The notes beneath the pieces are model-generated. The model had not been told where the DNA came from. It searched no databases and saw nothing but the letters and a program-made list of their open reading frames with translations. Shown one piece after another: positions 1 through 9,305 of a DNA stretch of 52,193 nucleotides; position 1 is the first letter of the stretch, and every line of letters starts with the position of its first letter. The position numbers and the translations under genes were made by a program. Source of the DNA: Candidatus Bathyarchaeota archaeon (lineage in GTDB: Archaea > Thermoproteota > Bathyarchaeia > Bathyarchaeales > Bathycorpusculaceae); contig CAVZKL010000015.1 in the NCBI GenBank assembly GCA_963775895.1, positions 1 to 52,193 on the forward strand, read 5' to 3'.

Positions 1-116
1 AAAAAACAGCCAAGCAAAAACGGCTGGAGGAGAATGCAGGGTAAACCGCTAAGACGCCAGAGCCCAACCATCAACATTCCAAGAAAAGAAAATGAGAACC
101 CGTTTTGGTTGTCTCT

Positions 117-2177
117 TCATTCTTTCATTACATTTGCTTTTGAATAGGGAACGAACTCTCTGATTGCCTCGAACGACAAGTCCGAAATGGCTTTTCGCAT
201 ATTTCCAGGAACTTTTTCGGTCAGTTTCCTGAGAATTAGTCTGGACAGTTCCTTGGAGCTCAGGTCTCCAGGCACAATGACAACGTATGAGTCAGTTTTT
301 CTCTTCACTGAGCCGACAGGGCCTCCGACAATTTCGGCTTTGCCTGCTTCCTGTTCAAATACTACTCCGATCGCGATTCTGAGCGGTGTTCCTCGCATCC
401 AGTTTCTTTCTCCTCGAACAACAAACGCTCCGTGCCCCACAGACTCGCCCGAAGGTCCGCCCTTGCTCAGCTGTCCCGGTTTGACCCAGTAGACGTCCAC
501 GCTCGCAAAACCCTCGCGCCAGGCCCTTGAAAAAGCAGCTGCAAATTCGCCAGCTTCGGCGAGACTCTGTTGTCCAGGAACAAGTCCTTCCGTCTTGATG
601 ACCACGAAAGGTGCGCCTACGATATCCGCGTGGAAGACAACATCATTCGGTTCAGCGTACTTCTTGATAAGAACTTCGTTGGTCACGGCGTCTTTTCCGG
701 CAACGACCATGAGATCTTCAGAAGAAACGAACCATCTGAACTTTTCAAACCATTCTTTCTGTCTAACCTTGCGCTTTTCAAGTTCTTCCATCACCTCAGC
801 GGGCTTAACGCGTTCCAGCTCTTCTGCCTCGGCTATTTTCGTCTGAACTTCTTGAAGTTTTTTGAGGTACTCTTTCAAGGCAGCCCTTGCACCTTCGGCC
901 TTCTGCTTGGCACGTTTACCGCGTTCATAGAACTCCGCAGCACTTTCGAAAAGCGTCTTCTGCAAAACAAGATTGAACGTTGCCCCCTCAATGGTCACCT
1001 TGATGGCGACTTCATTGTCGATGAAGGAATCAAACAATAATGATGGCTTCAAACCCCGTTGTTTCTCATCCAATATTTGAGTCACTGTATCGCGCCACTG
1101 TTTTCCACCCTTCTTCTCATCCAGGAACCTGTCAAGAAGGACTTGCAAATCGCTGAAATGTGCGTAGATCAAATCTCCAGAGTGTTTGAGATGTTCAGCT
1201 TCGGCGTCTGCGTAAGCCACGGTTTTCTGTTGTTCAGCAATTATCCGTTCGAGCCGTGCAGCCTCGGTTTCCAGCTCGGTGATGTTCGTGTGTTTTGTGG
1301 CTTGGTCAAGGGCCGAAAGCTTCGAGTAAAACTCGTCGAGAGCCTCGTTGAAAGTGTTGTAAGCTTGGACCTTGAAACGCGTGTTCTCGTAGCGTTTCAG
1401 CTTCAACGGGGCGGCGTCAATTAGATCACCGTTCTCATCCAGAACAACGTGCGGTTCTAGGACTCCTACGTTCACTTGTGAGAGTAAAGCGCGCAATGTT
1501 CGAAGCGTAGTGGCAATTTCTTCGTTACCCAACTGGGTAACGGGCCTTGTTTTTTCTACACCCGCGCGTGCCAACACCTCTTCAGCAAGGGTGCCTCCTA
1601 TGCTTAAGAGTCGGGTGATTGCTCTGACGACTTGAGTGTCGCCTGAGGCTTTCAACCTTGCTGCGGTTTCATCGTCATTCACTTTGGAGGGGTTTTTTCC
1701 GATTGAAGGTGCAAACTTGAAAGGTTCGCCGCGCAAGATGTTTCGATCTCTCATCCGCTTGTAGGTCATGGCTTGAAGGATGATGCCTTTCTCGCTCAAC
1801 AGAATGATGTTACCATCGCCGAAAAGCTCCAGAATGAGCTGCATAGTGCCCTCGTAAGTCTTGAACGAGAGAACGACAACCCTTTCAAACTCGTATTGCT
1901 CAATTTTGAGCAGCCGAGCGCTTCGCAGAAATTTCCTCAATGCCATGCAGAAAGCTGGCGGTCTTAAAGGTTTCTCTGAGGCATATGCCGTCAGGTTTAT
2001 TCTCTTTCCAGCTTCTAGGACTAGACAAAATGGAGCTTTATCTGGCTTGTGCAGTTTGAGAAGTATTGTCTTGCCATCCAACTGGTAAACGTTGTTCACG
2101 ATCGAATCTACGATTACATCATTCAATTCTCGCACTACGGCGGCGACGTCAAAGCTCGTGAACTCCCTGCCGGCCAA
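117..2177 (-). CDS. rqcH: Ribosome quality-control protein RqcH (NFACT/Rqc2/NEMF family)
   Basis: NFACT-N (FTSFDV..., FCMALRK, ELFGDGNIIL), coiled coil, NFACT-R (WFEKFRWF, GKDAVTNE, FHADIVGAP). Likely TTG start at 2177 (MAGREFTSFD) after GGTGGG; the ORF track extends to 2210. Confidence 0.93.
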   Translation of the reverse strand: MAGREFTSFDVAAVVRELNDVIVDSIVNNVYQLDGKTILLKLHKPDKAPFCLVLEAGKRINLTAYASEKPLRPPAFCMALRKFLRSARLLKIEQYEFERVVVLSFKTYEGTMQLILELFGDGNIILLSEKGIILQAMTYKRMRDRNILRGEPFKFAPSIGKNPSKVNDDETAARLKASGDTQVVRAITRLLSIGGTLAEEVLARAGVEKTRPVTQLGNEEIATTLRTLRALLSQVNVGVLEPHVVLDENGDLIDAAPLKLKRYENTRFKVQAYNTFNEALDEFYSKLSALDQATKHTNITELETEAARLERIIAEQQKTVAYADAEAEHLKHSGDLIYAHFSDLQVLLDRFLDEKKGGKQWRDTVTQILDEKQRGLKPSLLFDSFIDNEVAIKVTIEGATFNLVLQKTLFESAAEFYERGKRAKQKAEGARAALKEYLKKLQEVQTKIAEAEELERVKPAEVMEELEKRKVRQKEWFEKFRWFVSSEDLMVVAGKDAVTNEVLIKKYAEPNDVVFHADIVGAPFVVIKTEGLVPGQQSLAEAGEFAAAFSRAWREGFASVDVYWVKPGQLSKGGPSGESVGHGAFVVRGERNWMRGTPLRIAIGVVFEQEAGKAEIVGGPVGSVKRKTDSYVVIVPGDLSSKELSRLILRKLTEKVPGNMRKAISDLSFEAIREFVPYSKANVMKE

Positions 2178-2273
2178 ACCCACCACATCAACGATTAGTG
2201 TCTCAGTCATTATAAATACGCGCTATCATCATGTCGGTTCCGATCAGAGTTGGACGGACCTAGGATGCACTTA

Positions 2274-2900
2274 CTACACAGTTCCAAATTGCTTTATCGC
2301 GCCGGCTGTTCCATCCAAGATGAATTGCACTGCAATCGCTAGGACGATGATTGCCATCAGTGCCGTTACTACGCGAAGTCCTTGATTTCCAAAACGTTTG
2401 AACAGTCCTGTTGAAAAAGTCAAAGCAAGATAGGTGAATAGAACGCCCACAAATATGGCTAATGGCACTACAAAGGTTTGCGAGAGATTGTCAGCACGAC
2501 TTACCAATAGAATCACTGTTGTTATCGAGCCCGGACCCGAGGTGAGAGGAAAAGCCAGTGGCACGATGGCAATGTCTTCGCCCTCATGAGAGGAGGCGCC
2601 CATTTCTCCAGGTCTCAACATTTCTAACGCAACCAAGACAAGCAGTATTCCGCCTGCGATCTGAAACGCTGGAAGTGTAATTCCGAAGACGCGGAAGACA
2701 AGATGCCCAGTGAAAGCGAAAAATATCATGACCACGAACGATACGATCGCTGATCTTCGAACGATCCGCTTTTTCTGGTCCGAGTTCATATCCTTCGTCA
2801 GCGTTGCGTATACGGCAGTCGTGCTGAAGGGCTCTAAAACGGCGATGAGGGAACTGAAAGCCAATATCGCAAAATCCAGGTCGTTCAACTGGACCACCAC
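2274..2900 (-). CDS. marC: MarC family inner-membrane protein
   Basis: Six hydrophobic segments; FQIAGGILL and IAIVPLAFPLTSGPGSIT signatures. Confidence 0.92.
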   Translation of the reverse strand: MVVQLNDLDFAILAFSSLIAVLEPFSTTAVYATLTKDMNSDQKKRIVRRSAIVSFVVMIFFAFTGHLVFRVFGITLPAFQIAGGILLVLVALEMLRPGEMGASSHEGEDIAIVPLAFPLTSGPGSITTVILLVSRADNLSQTFVVPLAIFVGVLFTYLALTFSTGLFKRFGNQGLRVVTALMAIIVLAIAVQFILDGTAGAIKQFGTV

Positions 2901-3058
2901 ACGAGTTTGGCCTAGACAACATATATTTTTTGCGTGCGTTCGACAGGTTAGTCGGGCTCATGCAGTGGGGCAATGAATGATGAGGGCATGCTAAAAATGG
3001 ACGAATAGGCAACTTTAAATTTGATTGCAAAATATAGGTTGCAAGGCGTTAGAAGGCA

Positions 3059-3364
3059 ATGAAACCTCTTGAAACTGTGTACTGGATCAAATTCGCGTTT
3101 GGTTTTGTAGCCGCGCTGGTTTGTCTTGGCTACGCTTTAGTTGCCTACGGTACGCCCTTGCCTTCAAGCGGCCAGGTAAGCCTGTTCTTCAACAGCGTAT
3201 CCATTGCGATAATAATGTACGTGCTTTCATATTACGTGGTCAAGGCGGCGTTCAAAGGGAAAGTTGCCAAACCTTCGAAGCTTCTCACAACAGGGATCGG
3301 AATCTACTTTCTCTCTTGGATCGTCTTCTACATAATGTTCTTCACGGCGTACTCGAAAATCTAG
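3059..3364 (+). CDS. Small 3-TM membrane protein, archaeal EMC6-like
   Basis: 101 aa, three hydrophobic helices; C-terminal GIGIYFLSWIVFYIMFF resembles the EMC6/Rab5ip last helix. TTTAAAT TATA-like box near 3014. Confidence 0.6.
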   Translation: MKPLETVYWIKFAFGFVAALVCLGYALVAYGTPLPSSGQVSLFFNSVSIAIIMYVLSYYVVKAAFKGKVAKPSKLLTTGIGIYFLSWIVFYIMFFTAYSKI

Positions 3365-3810
3365 TCCGTTCGCTCTTCAAGAAAGCTTTCTATCGTGGCT
3401 TGATCTTCGTCGGTTTTCTCTTCGTGAAAAGCCGTGTTGTTAGAGGTTGGAGCTGCAACGTTGTCTGGAATGGTGATTCTGTTCAGCACGCGCATGCAGT
3501 CGGCCCAAGCTGAAAAGAATCCCCGATCGAATTCTCCGTGAAGTTTGTTTTTTACGTGTTCCTGGAATTCTCGTCTGTAACTGTTCAGTGCTGTTTTGTC
3601 TTTGAAATCCATTTTCGAGAAGAGGGCGTAGGAGTCGCCGTTTGCTTTGCGAGAGAGGAACATTCCGTAAAGGGCTCTGAAGTAGCCTCTATTCCATTCT
3701 GTCTTCTGCATCTTCTGCTTGAGTCGCTCCAGTTCTCGCTCGGCTTCAGAAAACTGCCTGTTGACTAGTAACTGAAAGAATCTTGTAACGAGAGCTGAAG
3801 GAATAGGCAT
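3361..3810 (-). CDS. Hypothetical helical protein directly downstream of radA
   Basis: 149 aa, ATG 2 nt after the radA stop; internal repeat EWNRGYFRAL / EFDRGFFSAW; acidic tail. Confidence 0.8.
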   Translation of the reverse strand: MPIPSALVTRFFQLLVNRQFSEAERELERLKQKMQKTEWNRGYFRALYGMFLSRKANGDSYALFSKMDFKDKTALNSYRREFQEHVKNKLHGEFDRGFFSAWADCMRVLNRITIPDNVAAPTSNNTAFHEEKTDEDQATIESFLEERTD

Positions 3811-3812
3811 GT

Positions 3813-4844
3813 TCAGCGACCACGAGGTTTCTTTTCTTCTTCAGACGCATCCTCTATACCGTTCTCGGTTATTTTAAATATCTCTTCGCCTTCCGGCAAA
3901 TACGGACTCGAGACCAGCCGCGCTATTCGTATAGGACCATGTGCAGCTCTCCTCAAGTAAACGCGCGTGTGACTCGTGTGCCCAACGATGTGGCCGCCTA
4001 TGGGGTGCACTGCGTCTCCGAAGAACACGTCGGGTTTAGCCATGACCTGATTAGTAACAACGGCAACCGCGTTGAAAGCCCTTGCCAAACCGATGAGTTT
4101 GTGCATGTGCTTGTTCAATTTCTGCTGCCTGGGGGCTAGCATCTCACGTCCAAGGTATTCGCTTCTGAAATGTGCAGTCAAAGAGTCTACGATTATCAGT
4201 CTCACGTTGTTAGCTTTGATGACTTCGTCAGCGTTCTCGAGTAGGAACTGCTGATGGTCTGACGTGTAAGCTTCTGCATAAATGATGTTCTTCGCGACCT
4301 GTTCAGGGTCGAGTCCCAGGTGTTTCGACATGGAAACGATTCTTTCTGTGCGGAAGGTGTTCTCGGTATCAACATACAGGGCAGCGCCGTTCAGTCCGCC
4401 TCTTTCAGGTGGTAGCTGGACGTTGACGCACAACTGATGGCAGATCTGGCTCTTTCCAGTTCCATATTCACCGTAGAACTCAGTTATGGTCTGAGTCTCC
4501 ATTCCGCCATCTAGAAGTCTGTCCACAACTTTGCTTCCGCTCGTCAAGCGAAGCACGTTCTCGCGCATCCTGAGCAGTTCGTCTGCGCGTATGAAAGAGA
4601 CGCCGATGGATGAACGGGCGGTCTCGATTATTGCGAGGGCTTTCTTTTCACTTATGCCTACGGGCTCCAGCTCGCGGGAGGTCGCCATGGCCAATGACTC
4701 TATCGTATGGTAGCCCATTTCCCGCAGTTTTTGCGCGGTTGCGGGGCCGACTCCCGGCAGGTCTTCAAGAAGTTCGTACTTCTTCTTGGACTCACCTTCG
4801 GCTTCTTTTGGTGGAGTCGCTTCGGCTTCCTCTTCTGTGCTCAT
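3813..4844 (-). CDS. radA: DNA repair and recombination protein RadA
   Basis: N-terminal HhH (LPGVGPATAQKL), Walker A GEYGTGKS, YVDTENTFR, IIVDSLTAHFRSEY, TNQV, PIGGHIVGH. GGTGAG SD upstream. Confidence 0.98.
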   Translation of the reverse strand: MSTEEEAEATPPKEAEGESKKKYELLEDLPGVGPATAQKLREMGYHTIESLAMATSRELEPVGISEKKALAIIETARSSIGVSFIRADELLRMRENVLRLTSGSKVVDRLLDGGMETQTITEFYGEYGTGKSQICHQLCVNVQLPPERGGLNGAALYVDTENTFRTERIVSMSKHLGLDPEQVAKNIIYAEAYTSDHQQFLLENADEVIKANNVRLIIVDSLTAHFRSEYLGREMLAPRQQKLNKHMHKLIGLARAFNAVAVVTNQVMAKPDVFFGDAVHPIGGHIVGHTSHTRVYLRRAAHGPIRIARLVSSPYLPEGEEIFKITENGIEDASEEEKKPRGR

Positions 4845-4890
4845 ATTCTGGTCTCACCTTTCACAGTTGTTAGAACAGATAGACAAGGCA

Positions 4891-4898
4891 TATTTAAA
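4891..4898 (-). promoter_or_regulatory. Probable TATA box of radA (TTTAAATA)
   Basis: Matches archaeal TATA consensus about 47 nt upstream of the radA start. Confidence 0.55.
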
Positions 4899-5043
4899 AC
4901 AGACGAAGTGCACGAACCGGTATTCCACGGAGAGGTGGGTTAAAATGAACAGAGAGAACGATCGTTCCGTACTGCAAAGTTGTAAGACAAGATATAAGTA
5001 GATGCCACCATCATAGACCAGCTCAAAAAGCAGAGGGAAAAAC

Positions 5044-5928
5044 TTGGAAACTGAGAAAGTTGTGGAGAGCGTTGCTTTCAACATCCTGAAACAAGCAGTC
5101 ATCTACTTGCCCGACGATGTTAAACAAGCGTTGAAAAAGGCCTACATCGAAGAAACAAGTGAGACCGGCAAGACTCAACTCAAAGCCATACTTGACAACA
5201 TTGAGCTGGCTGAAAAATATCAGGCTCCGGTGTGTCAGGACACGGGCACATTAATATTCTATGTCAAAGCGGGTGCCAAAGTCAAGAATCTTGACAGAGT
5301 TGAATCTGCAGTGATAAGCGCTACGAAGAGAGCGACAAAAGAGGTTCCTCTTCGGCCTAACGCGGTGAACCCCTTCACAGGAAAGAACAGCGGAGACAAC
5401 ACTGGAAGATACTTGCCTTTTCTGAACTGGGAAATAGTGGGAGGCGACAGTTTGGAAATGACGGTGATGACCAAAGGCGGAGGCTCGGAGAACGTATGCG
5501 TCGGCGGAATGATCGTTCCCGGTGAGGGAATCAAAGGCGTGAAGAAGTTTGTCGTCGACGCTGTCATAAAGGCTGGGGCTCAACCTTGTCCTCCGAACAT
5601 TCTCGGCGTAGCGATGGGAGGCGGAGCCGATATCTCAATGAGACTCGCGAAGAAATTGCTTCTCAAACCTCTCACTGAGCACAACCCTGATCCTGAGATC
5701 GCGAAGCTCGAGAAAGAGCTCCTCGAGGCCGTAAACATGACCGGAATAGGACCCATGGGGCTCGGAGGGAAAACCACTGTCTTGGGCGTGCACATTGACT
5801 ACGCCTACAGACATCCAGCATCGTTCCCAGTTGGGGTTGCCTTCAACTGCTGGGCTTCTAGACGTTCCACTGCACGAATCAACGCAGATGGATCCGTGGA
5901 ATATCTGACGCATGAGCTGAAATGGTGA
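5044..5928 (+). CDS. Fe-S hydro-lyase alpha subunit (class I fumarate hydratase / L-tartrate dehydratase)
   Basis: CQDTG, KGGGSEN, AQPCPP, GIGPMGLGG, NCWA motifs. Confidence 0.95.
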   Translation: METEKVVESVAFNILKQAVIYLPDDVKQALKKAYIEETSETGKTQLKAILDNIELAEKYQAPVCQDTGTLIFYVKAGAKVKNLDRVESAVISATKRATKEVPLRPNAVNPFTGKNSGDNTGRYLPFLNWEIVGGDSLEMTVMTKGGGSENVCVGGMIVPGEGIKGVKKFVVDAVIKAGAQPCPPNILGVAMGGGADISMRLAKKLLLKPLTEHNPDPEIAKLEKELLEAVNMTGIGPMGLGGKTTVLGVHIDYAYRHPASFPVGVAFNCWASRRSTARINADGSVEYLTHELKW

Positions 5929-5939
5929 GGTGAAGAAAA

Positions 5940-6542
5940 ATGGCAATTTTCAAATTGAAGACTCCGATTTCGGAAGAGCAGATCCGAAAACTCAAGGTCA
6001 ACGACGTGCTCTACGTCACAGGAACGGTTGTGACAGCAAGAGATCAAGCTCACAGGAGAGCCCTGGAATACTTCAAAGAAGGCAAACCATTGCCGCTAAG
6101 TCTTGAGGGACTTGCGGTTTTTCACTGCGGACCAGTGGTCGCAAAGCAAGGAGAGAAATGGGTCGCCGTCGCTGCTGGGCCAACTACGAGCACGAGAATG
6201 GACATCTTCGAAGATGAGTTCATCAAAAACTTCAAGGTTCGAGTCGTAATTGGCAAAGGCGGCATGGGAAAACGAACCACGGACGCAATGCAAAAATTCG
6301 GGGCAGTCTACGGCGCATTCACCGGTGGAGCTGCGGTCCTTGCGGCAAAAGCGATAAGGAACGTCAAGAGCGTGGAATGGTTCGACCTCGGCATGCCCGA
6401 AGCGATGTGGGTTTTCGAGGTTGAAGAATTCGGCCCGCTCGCGATCGCCATAGATTCCCACGGAAACAACCTGTTCACCGATATCCAGAAGACCGTCGAG
6501 GAGAGCAAACAGAGAATTTATCAGAAGCTGGGTATCAGCTAG
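5940..6542 (+). CDS. Fe-S hydro-lyase beta subunit (fumarate hydratase / tartrate dehydratase)
   Basis: TARDQAH, HCGPVV, GPTTSTRM, IGKGGM, LGMPEA, DSHGN; GAGGTGA SD; follows the alpha subunit. Confidence 0.95.
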   Translation: MAIFKLKTPISEEQIRKLKVNDVLYVTGTVVTARDQAHRRALEYFKEGKPLPLSLEGLAVFHCGPVVAKQGEKWVAVAAGPTTSTRMDIFEDEFIKNFKVRVVIGKGGMGKRTTDAMQKFGAVYGAFTGGAAVLAAKAIRNVKSVEWFDLGMPEAMWVFEVEEFGPLAIAIDSHGNNLFTDIQKTVEESKQRIYQKLGIS

Positions 6543-6666
6543 CTTCCAAATCTTTTTTCTTGTATTCTTGGGCCAATTCATTTTATCGATAAGTATCGTG
6601 TGTTCAGTTTATTATATAGGAAGATTTAATATTCGATTTACTCGACTAGAAGATGGGAAAATAGAA

Positions 6667-7218
6667 ATGTTCAAACTGAATCTGAGAGACAAGATAACCC
6701 TCACTGGCACCATAGTCCTTATATTCGGTGTAGGTTTGCTGGCGTTCACGTTTTTCAGTGCTTACGCTTTTCTGGCGCAAAACCTGTTGATACTCACTTC
6801 TGCTGATATTACACAGACCTTTGGCGATGCTCTTGCTCCATTGATTTCAACATGCATTCGAATAATGTACTTGGGAGTAATGGGATGGATCGGATCACTT
6901 CTCACCATAAGAAGCGTCACAATACTCTCTCAAGCGCGTCAAATGCCTGCCGTTCCCGCTCAAGAACCGACTGTCGCAAAAGAAAAGGCCAAAGTAGAGG
7001 CAAAAGCAGAAACTAAGACAATTCCGAAGGCAGAAAGAACAGAAAAACCAGCCGCAGAAACCAAACAACCAGAGCCCAAGAAAGCGGAACCCAAGTCCGA
7101 ACCTGAATCTGAACCCAAGCCGGAACCCAAGCCCTATGAACCCGAAATCATAATGTTACCGCCTAAAACGGCGCCAGAAACACAGAAAGAACAGTCAGCT
7201 CAAGCAGAACAGAAGTAA
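6667..7218 (+). CDS. Hypothetical 2-TM membrane protein with Pro/Glu/Lys-rich tail
   Basis: ATG at 6667 (MFKLNL); two hydrophobic helices followed by a low-complexity charged tail. Confidence 0.75.
   Translation: MFKLNLRDKITLTGTIVLIFGVGLLAFTFFSAYAFLAQNLLILTSADITQTFGDALAPLISTCIRIMYLGVMGWIGSLLTIRSVTILSQARQMPAVPAQEPTVAKEKAKVEAKAETKTIPKAERTEKPAAETKQPEPKKAEPKSEPESEPKPEPKPYEPEIIMLPPKTAPETQKEQSAQAEQK
7070..7146 (+). repeat. Degenerate GAACCCAAG (EPK) coding repeats
   Basis: Encodes PEPKKAEPKSEPESEPKPEPKPYEPE. Confidence 0.7.
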
Positions 7219-7272
7219 ACCTCCCCCAAAGACTTCTGTCAAAGGCTACCAGTCGCCGGAAAAGGAATAGCC

Positions 7273-8052
7273 ATGAGAGTACCTATCAGAATCATAGGCA
7301 TCGCCACGACCGTGATATGGATATTTATAATCATTTTCTCCGTATCAGCAATGTATTCTATGATGGGAATCCGCGTCAACCTGGGACAGCTTCAGATCAC
7401 CACACCCGCAAAAGATCAACTGCTATTGTCTTTTCCGGTCACCATAGTTAACACAGGTTTCTACAACCTGGCTCCCTTCAACATATCAACTGTTATCTTT
7501 GACGCAAGCGGATCGAAGGTTGCACAGGGCTTCACTCTCATACCCATTGTTTTGAAAAAACAAACCACTAACGCAACGCACGAAATCAAGTTAAACGTCA
7601 AAGACCTATTACAGTCGCATCAAAACCTACTTTTCAATGATACGGAGCTAATAACAAATGTGACCGTCAGCATGACCGCTGCCGGAGCAATTCCAATAGT
7701 TGCTTCCTCAAACATCTCAATGCCGTGGGGAGCTCCGTTGTACAATCTGGTCGTTGCCGCGCCCGACTTCTCATACTACAACACAACTCATTTGCACATT
7801 GTTGTACCTTTGAGTTTCGAGAATCATGCATCATTCAATCTGACGGGTGCAGTGCAGCTGCGAATATACAACAATGCTAACGCGCTCTTGACGCAGACCA
7901 GCATAAGCTTGGATGTTCTTCAGCATTCGCCATATCAAGGAAGTATAGAACTCTACGTTCCTTTACTAGCCGTGTCTAGGATGCGTTTCGAGGTGTTTTT
8001 CGATTTCCAATCATTCACTTACGGACCCTTGGTGATACCTTATGGGAGTTGA
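7273..8052 (+). CDS. Membrane-anchored beta-rich protein, possibly tandem LEA_2/WHy-like domains
   Basis: N-terminal TM helix; repeated x-[IF]-x-N motifs (VTIVNTGFY, LSFENHASF); seven N-x-S/T sequons. Confidence 0.65.
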   Translation: MRVPIRIIGIATTVIWIFIIIFSVSAMYSMMGIRVNLGQLQITTPAKDQLLLSFPVTIVNTGFYNLAPFNISTVIFDASGSKVAQGFTLIPIVLKKQTTNATHEIKLNVKDLLQSHQNLLFNDTELITNVTVSMTAAGAIPIVASSNISMPWGAPLYNLVVAAPDFSYYNTTHLHIVVPLSFENHASFNLTGAVQLRIYNNANALLTQTSISLDVLQHSPYQGSIELYVPLLAVSRMRFEVFFDFQSFTYGPLVIPYGS

Positions 8053-8491
8053 AGACAGCAACAAGAAGAAGAAAATTCGAAAATGGCTATTCACTATTGC
8101 CAAGGCCGCGATCAAGACCGCCATCGTCTGCATAATCTATGTTGTCGTGTCACGGTTGTTGGCACCAGTTTCGAGTTTCATTCCGAATTTGCAGCAGATG
8201 ATCCAGAATTTCGTAATCGTTTATGTTGCGTTGATGGTGATCAGTGAACTGGCCTCAGGAACCATTTTCCAGTACATATTCAGTGCTTCAAGGTCTGGGT
8301 TTGTGATCGCCTATCTGATTGTTTCTTTGAACAGCGGCATCTTCAATTATACCTTCGGAAGCGTCAGTTTGATGGTTGATTTGCGAGCGTTCCTGATCAT
8401 CGTCATGTTGTTGGAGCTGGTGGGATTGGCCAGATCAGTGATACAAGAGATAGACTTCGTGAGCCAAAAAGCAGAACTGGGACACATCTGA
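8042..8491 (+). CDS. Hypothetical multi-pass membrane protein
   Basis: Basic N-terminus and 3-4 hydrophobic segments; overlaps the upstream gene by 11 nt; GGTGA SD. Confidence 0.75.
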   Translation: MGVEDSNKKKKIRKWLFTIAKAAIKTAIVCIIYVVVSRLLAPVSSFIPNLQQMIQNFVIVYVALMVISELASGTIFQYIFSASRSGFVIAYLIVSLNSGIFNYTFGSVSLMVDLRAFLIIVMLLELVGLARSVIQEIDFVSQKAELGHI

Positions 8492-8496
8492 GTTGA

Positions 8497-8985
8497 TCAT
8501 TTCTTCGGTTGCAGATCCAGGGTCATCACGAAGGCGTCTTCGCCATCCGCATAATAGCCATGAATTGTGCGCGTGATTTCGAACCCCAGTTTCTTGTATA
8601 GGATGATTGCTTCTTGATTTGTCCCTCTGACTTCCAAGTAGCATTGCTTGGCACTGTATCTTTTCATGGCTTCTGCGGCTTGTGTAATCAATGAATTGCC
8701 AACGCCCTTTCGTCTGTGTTCTGGCAAAACAGCCACCGAAACTACATGCCCTTTCTTTACGATTCCACTGAAACCAAGGTTTGATAAGCCAACTTCAACG
8801 CGGCACATTATGTAGCCGATTACTTCGTCGTTCTCTTCTGCAACGATGAACGTTTCGGGATACCTGCGGTGAAGATCAACGAAAAAGATGTCGGTGTAGT
8901 TCTCTGGAAGGCAGATCTGGTTGATCCTCGTAACGCTGGCTAGATCATTCACTGTGAACTTTCGAAGTTTGTAGGTACCTTGCAC
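8497..8985 (-). CDS. rimI: N-alpha-acetyltransferase (Ard1/RimI family)
   Basis: CLPENY, IGYIMCRVE, GHVVSVAV, RRKGVG, YLEVR, YYADGEDA: archaeal Ard1-type. Confidence 0.95.
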   Translation of the reverse strand: MQGTYKLRKFTVNDLASVTRINQICLPENYTDIFFVDLHRRYPETFIVAEENDEVIGYIMCRVEVGLSNLGFSGIVKKGHVVSVAVLPEHRRKGVGNSLITQAAEAMKRYSAKQCYLEVRGTNQEAIILYKKLGFEITRTIHGYYADGEDAFVMTLDLQPKK

Positions 8986-9054
8986 GTCCTTGTTCTCCGT
9001 TCAGTGTCAGAGCGTAGACTTCGAGGTAACTTAAACGCTTTTCTCATCTGAAAG

Positions 9055-9305
9055 CTACTTGACGTATGATACATCGATCCACACGAAGACTCCTCCGGAA
9101 TCCATCTTGGCTTTTACCCCAAGAGGAAGTGGCAGGTTGGTGCGTGGTGACCGAAATCCATGTTTGCGATTACTTTAAAACCGAATGTTCCAGGGTTTCT
9201 GATTCCCTGATCGTACATCTTCTGAAAAGGTTTGACAGGAAACGAACGTGCGACCACGCTAACAGTGTCTTCGTCATTGAGCCGCGGTGGTTTCAACGGC
9301 TTCAT
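9055..9305 (-). pseudogene. Internally deleted S66 peptidase (LD-carboxypeptidase/MccF-like) remnant
   Basis: N-terminal MKPLKPPRLNDEDTVSVVA...GFKV is joined directly to the C-terminal IANMDFGHHAP; a frameshift continuation reads (N)LPLPLGVKAKMDSGG...YVK*. About 83 codons against roughly 300+ for the family. Confidence 0.75.

Noticed and set aside
2977-3025. Possible C/D box sRNA (ATGATGA at 2977)
   Set aside because: No CTGA D box at a suitable distance, guide spacing too short, and the region overlaps the next gene's TATA box.
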